From an uncultured Eubacteriales bacterium (GTDB lineage: Bacteria > Bacillota > Clostridia > Oscillospirales > Ruminococcaceae): a stretch of 46,625 nt of DNA. Numbering within the stretch: the stretch's first letter is position 1; each line of letters starts with the position of its first letter. Shown piece after piece: positions 44,908 to 46,625 of the stretch. Below the pieces are notes generated by a model that was not told where the DNA came from, searched no databases, and saw nothing but the letters and a program-made list of their open reading frames with translations. The position numbers and the translations under genes were made by a program. Where the stretch lies: contig ONLC01000001.1 of assembly GCA_900318545.1 (NCBI GenBank), forward strand, positions 1 to 46,625. The letters run 5' to 3'.

Positions 44908-46167
44908 ATGCAGAGACTTATTATAAAGGGCGGAAAACAGCTCTCGGGGGAGCTTACAGTTCAGGGAGCTAAAAACAGTGCCCTGCCGATACTGGCAGGC
45001 TGTGTGCTTGCAGGCTCGCAGGTGAAGCTTCGGGGCATACCCGAGCTCTCAGATGTGTATGCCGCCTGCAGGATACTTGCAAGCTTAGGTGTAAAAACTG
45101 CCTTCGTGGACGGTACAGTTACCGCCGACCCGACAGGCATAAGCAGTATTCACGTTCCCGAAAAGCTTATGCGGCAGATGCGTTCATCTATCGTCTTTCT
45201 CGGAGCTGTACTCGGCAAAACAGGTGCGTGCAGGCTTTCGTTTCCCGGGGGCTGTGAGCTCGGTCCGAGACCTATTGATATGCACCTGAGAGCACTCAGG
45301 CAGATGGGTGTTAAAATAACAGAAAAGTACGGCGAGCTTATCTGTGAGTGTCCTCACGGGATAAAGGGAGCTGTGATAAATCTGCCGTTCCCCTCAGTGG
45401 GTGCTACGGAGAACATAATGCTCTGTGCTGCCCTTGCCGACGGTGAAACAGTCATCTGCAATGCCGCCAGAGAGCCCGAGATAGAGGATCTTGCCGAGTT
45501 TCTCCGCTGCTGCGGAGCAAGGATAATCGGAGGCTCCTCGGGTACTGTGCGTATAAAGGGCGTTAAGGAGCTTCATGGCTGCGAATATACGGTAATGCCC
45601 GACAGGATATGTGCGGCTACCTTTATGGCAGCAGCTGCGGCAACAGGAGGAGAGATCGTTCTTAAAGGGGCGAGAGCTCAGGACTTGGGTGCTGTTACCG
45701 ATGTGTTCAGGCAGGCAGGCTGCCTTGTTTCGGACAGCGCTGACAGGATATACTTAAACGCGAAAAAGCCCCTCAGGGCTGTAAGGGACATTAAAACGCT
45801 TCCCTACCCCGGCTTCCCGACAGATGCTCAGGCACCTGTTATGGCAATGCTCTGCAAAGCAAGGGGTACCAGCGTTATTACAGAAACTATTTTCAGCAGC
45901 CGCTTCAGGCACGTTGATGAGCTCGCCCGAATGGGCGCAGACATCAAGACCGAGGGCAGAACTGCGGTAGTCACAGGAGTGAGGGAGCTATACGGAACAG
46001 GAGTTGTAGCCCCCGACCTCAGAGGCGGTGCGGCTCTTGTGTGTGCGGCACTTGCGGCTCAGGGTGAGAGCACAGTCACAAATATATGCCTCATTGACAG
46101 GGGCTATGAAAAGATAGAGAAAACACTTGCTCTGCTTGGAGCAGACATCAGACGAGAAAACTGTTAA
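44908..46167 (+). CDS. murA: UDP-GlcNAc 1-carboxyvinyltransferase
   Basis: GAKNSALP, PGGCELGPRPIDMH (active-site Cys), SVGATEN, PGFPTDAQ, DLRGGAAL, DRGYE. Confidence 0.96.
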   Translation: MQRLIIKGGKQLSGELTVQGAKNSALPILAGCVLAGSQVKLRGIPELSDVYAACRILASLGVKTAFVDGTVTADPTGISSIHVPEKLMRQMRSSIVFLGAVLGKTGACRLSFPGGCELGPRPIDMHLRALRQMGVKITEKYGELICECPHGIKGAVINLPFPSVGATENIMLCAALADGETVICNAAREPEIEDLAEFLRCCGARIIGGSSGTVRIKGVKELHGCEYTVMPDRICAATFMAAAAATGGEIVLKGARAQDLGAVTDVFRQAGCLVSDSADRIYLNAKKPLRAVRDIKTLPYPGFPTDAQAPVMAMLCKARGTSVITETIFSSRFRHVDELARMGADIKTEGRTAVVTGVRELYGTGVVAPDLRGGAALVCAALAAQGESTVTNICLIDRGYEKIEKTLALLGADIRRENC

Positions 46168-46179
46168 GGAAAGGTAAAA

Positions 46180-46625
46180 ATGAGCGAAAACGGAGAGTTT
46201 AACGAGAACAACAGCACAGATACCGTAAACGATGCCGAGCTGAAGGCATACGTTGAGGAGCTGAAAACCGCAAGAATGCGTAATCTGTACATCGGGAGCA
46301 TATTTATTGTGCTTGCGATAATACTTATTGCCTGCCTTGTGTTTTTCTTCAATATCGAAACAATTCAGATCGAGGGCGTTACCCTCTACGGTGATGAGCA
46401 GATACAGATAGTCGGCGGCGTGCAGAGCGGTCAGAACCTTATAAGGCTCGATACCGATGTGGTCGAGGAAAGGCTTAAAAACAACCTCGTCTACATCGAG
46501 GACGTCAAGGTTCAGCAAAAGCTGCCCTCTACCCTTGTTATCACCTGCACCGAGGCCGAAAAAGCCGTTGACATCGAGGATAACGGCTCGTACTATGTAG
46601 TGTCGTCATCGGGAAGAGTGCTTGA
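46180..46625 (+). CDS. ftsQ: Cell division protein FtsQ/DivIB (3'-truncated; absent from the ORF track)
   Basis: Hand translation MSENGEF..., TM helix, then POTRA-like FNIETIQIEG...GQNLIRLD...YIEDVKVQQKLPSTLVI; runs off the window. Confidence 0.85.
   Translation, partial: MSENGEFNENNSTDTVNDAELKAYVEELKTARMRNLYIGSIFIVLAIILIACLVFFFNIETIQIEGVTLYGDEQIQIVGGVQSGQNLIRLDTDVVEERLKNNLVYIEDVKVQQKLPSTLVITCTEAEKAVDIEDNGSYYVVSSSGRVL

Overview
A 46.6-kb chromosomal segment from a spore-forming, fibre-degrading Firmicute. Gene content (spoVAC, a GH5 endoglucanase, a clostridial-type dcw cluster) suggests a Ruminococcus-like member of the Oscillospiraceae; this is inference. From left to right: a 5'-truncated MtaD-like amidohydrolase; an acidic lipoprotein; spoVAC and three small hypothetical genes; a metallophosphoesterase; and a GT2 glycosyltransferase. 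Next is a ~12-kb minus-strand 'expanded' carbohydrate ABC locus (very large solute-binding protein, two permease pairs, NHL/TPR, Yip1 and DUF5696-like proteins), preceded by two orphan LolD/MacB-type ATPases. Then come htrA, a zinc-ribbon membrane protein, and a RelB/RelE-ParE toxin-antitoxin pair followed by a ~160-bp MITE-like insert that duplicated a terminator hairpin. After these are two ABC exporters flanking an FN3-FN3-GH5 endoglucanase, then rqcH, nif3, trmK and a DUF1858 gene. An ~790-bp regulatory region (DnaA, CodY and NrdR-like boxes, a candidate structured RNA, MraZ repeats) precedes the dcw cluster: mraZ, rsmH, ftsL, pbp, murE, murF, a degenerate mraY, ftsW, murG, an unknown ORF, murA and a partial ftsQ, with no murD. 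No rRNA, tRNA, CRISPR array or transposase gene was seen. All family assignments come from recognised motifs, not database searches.
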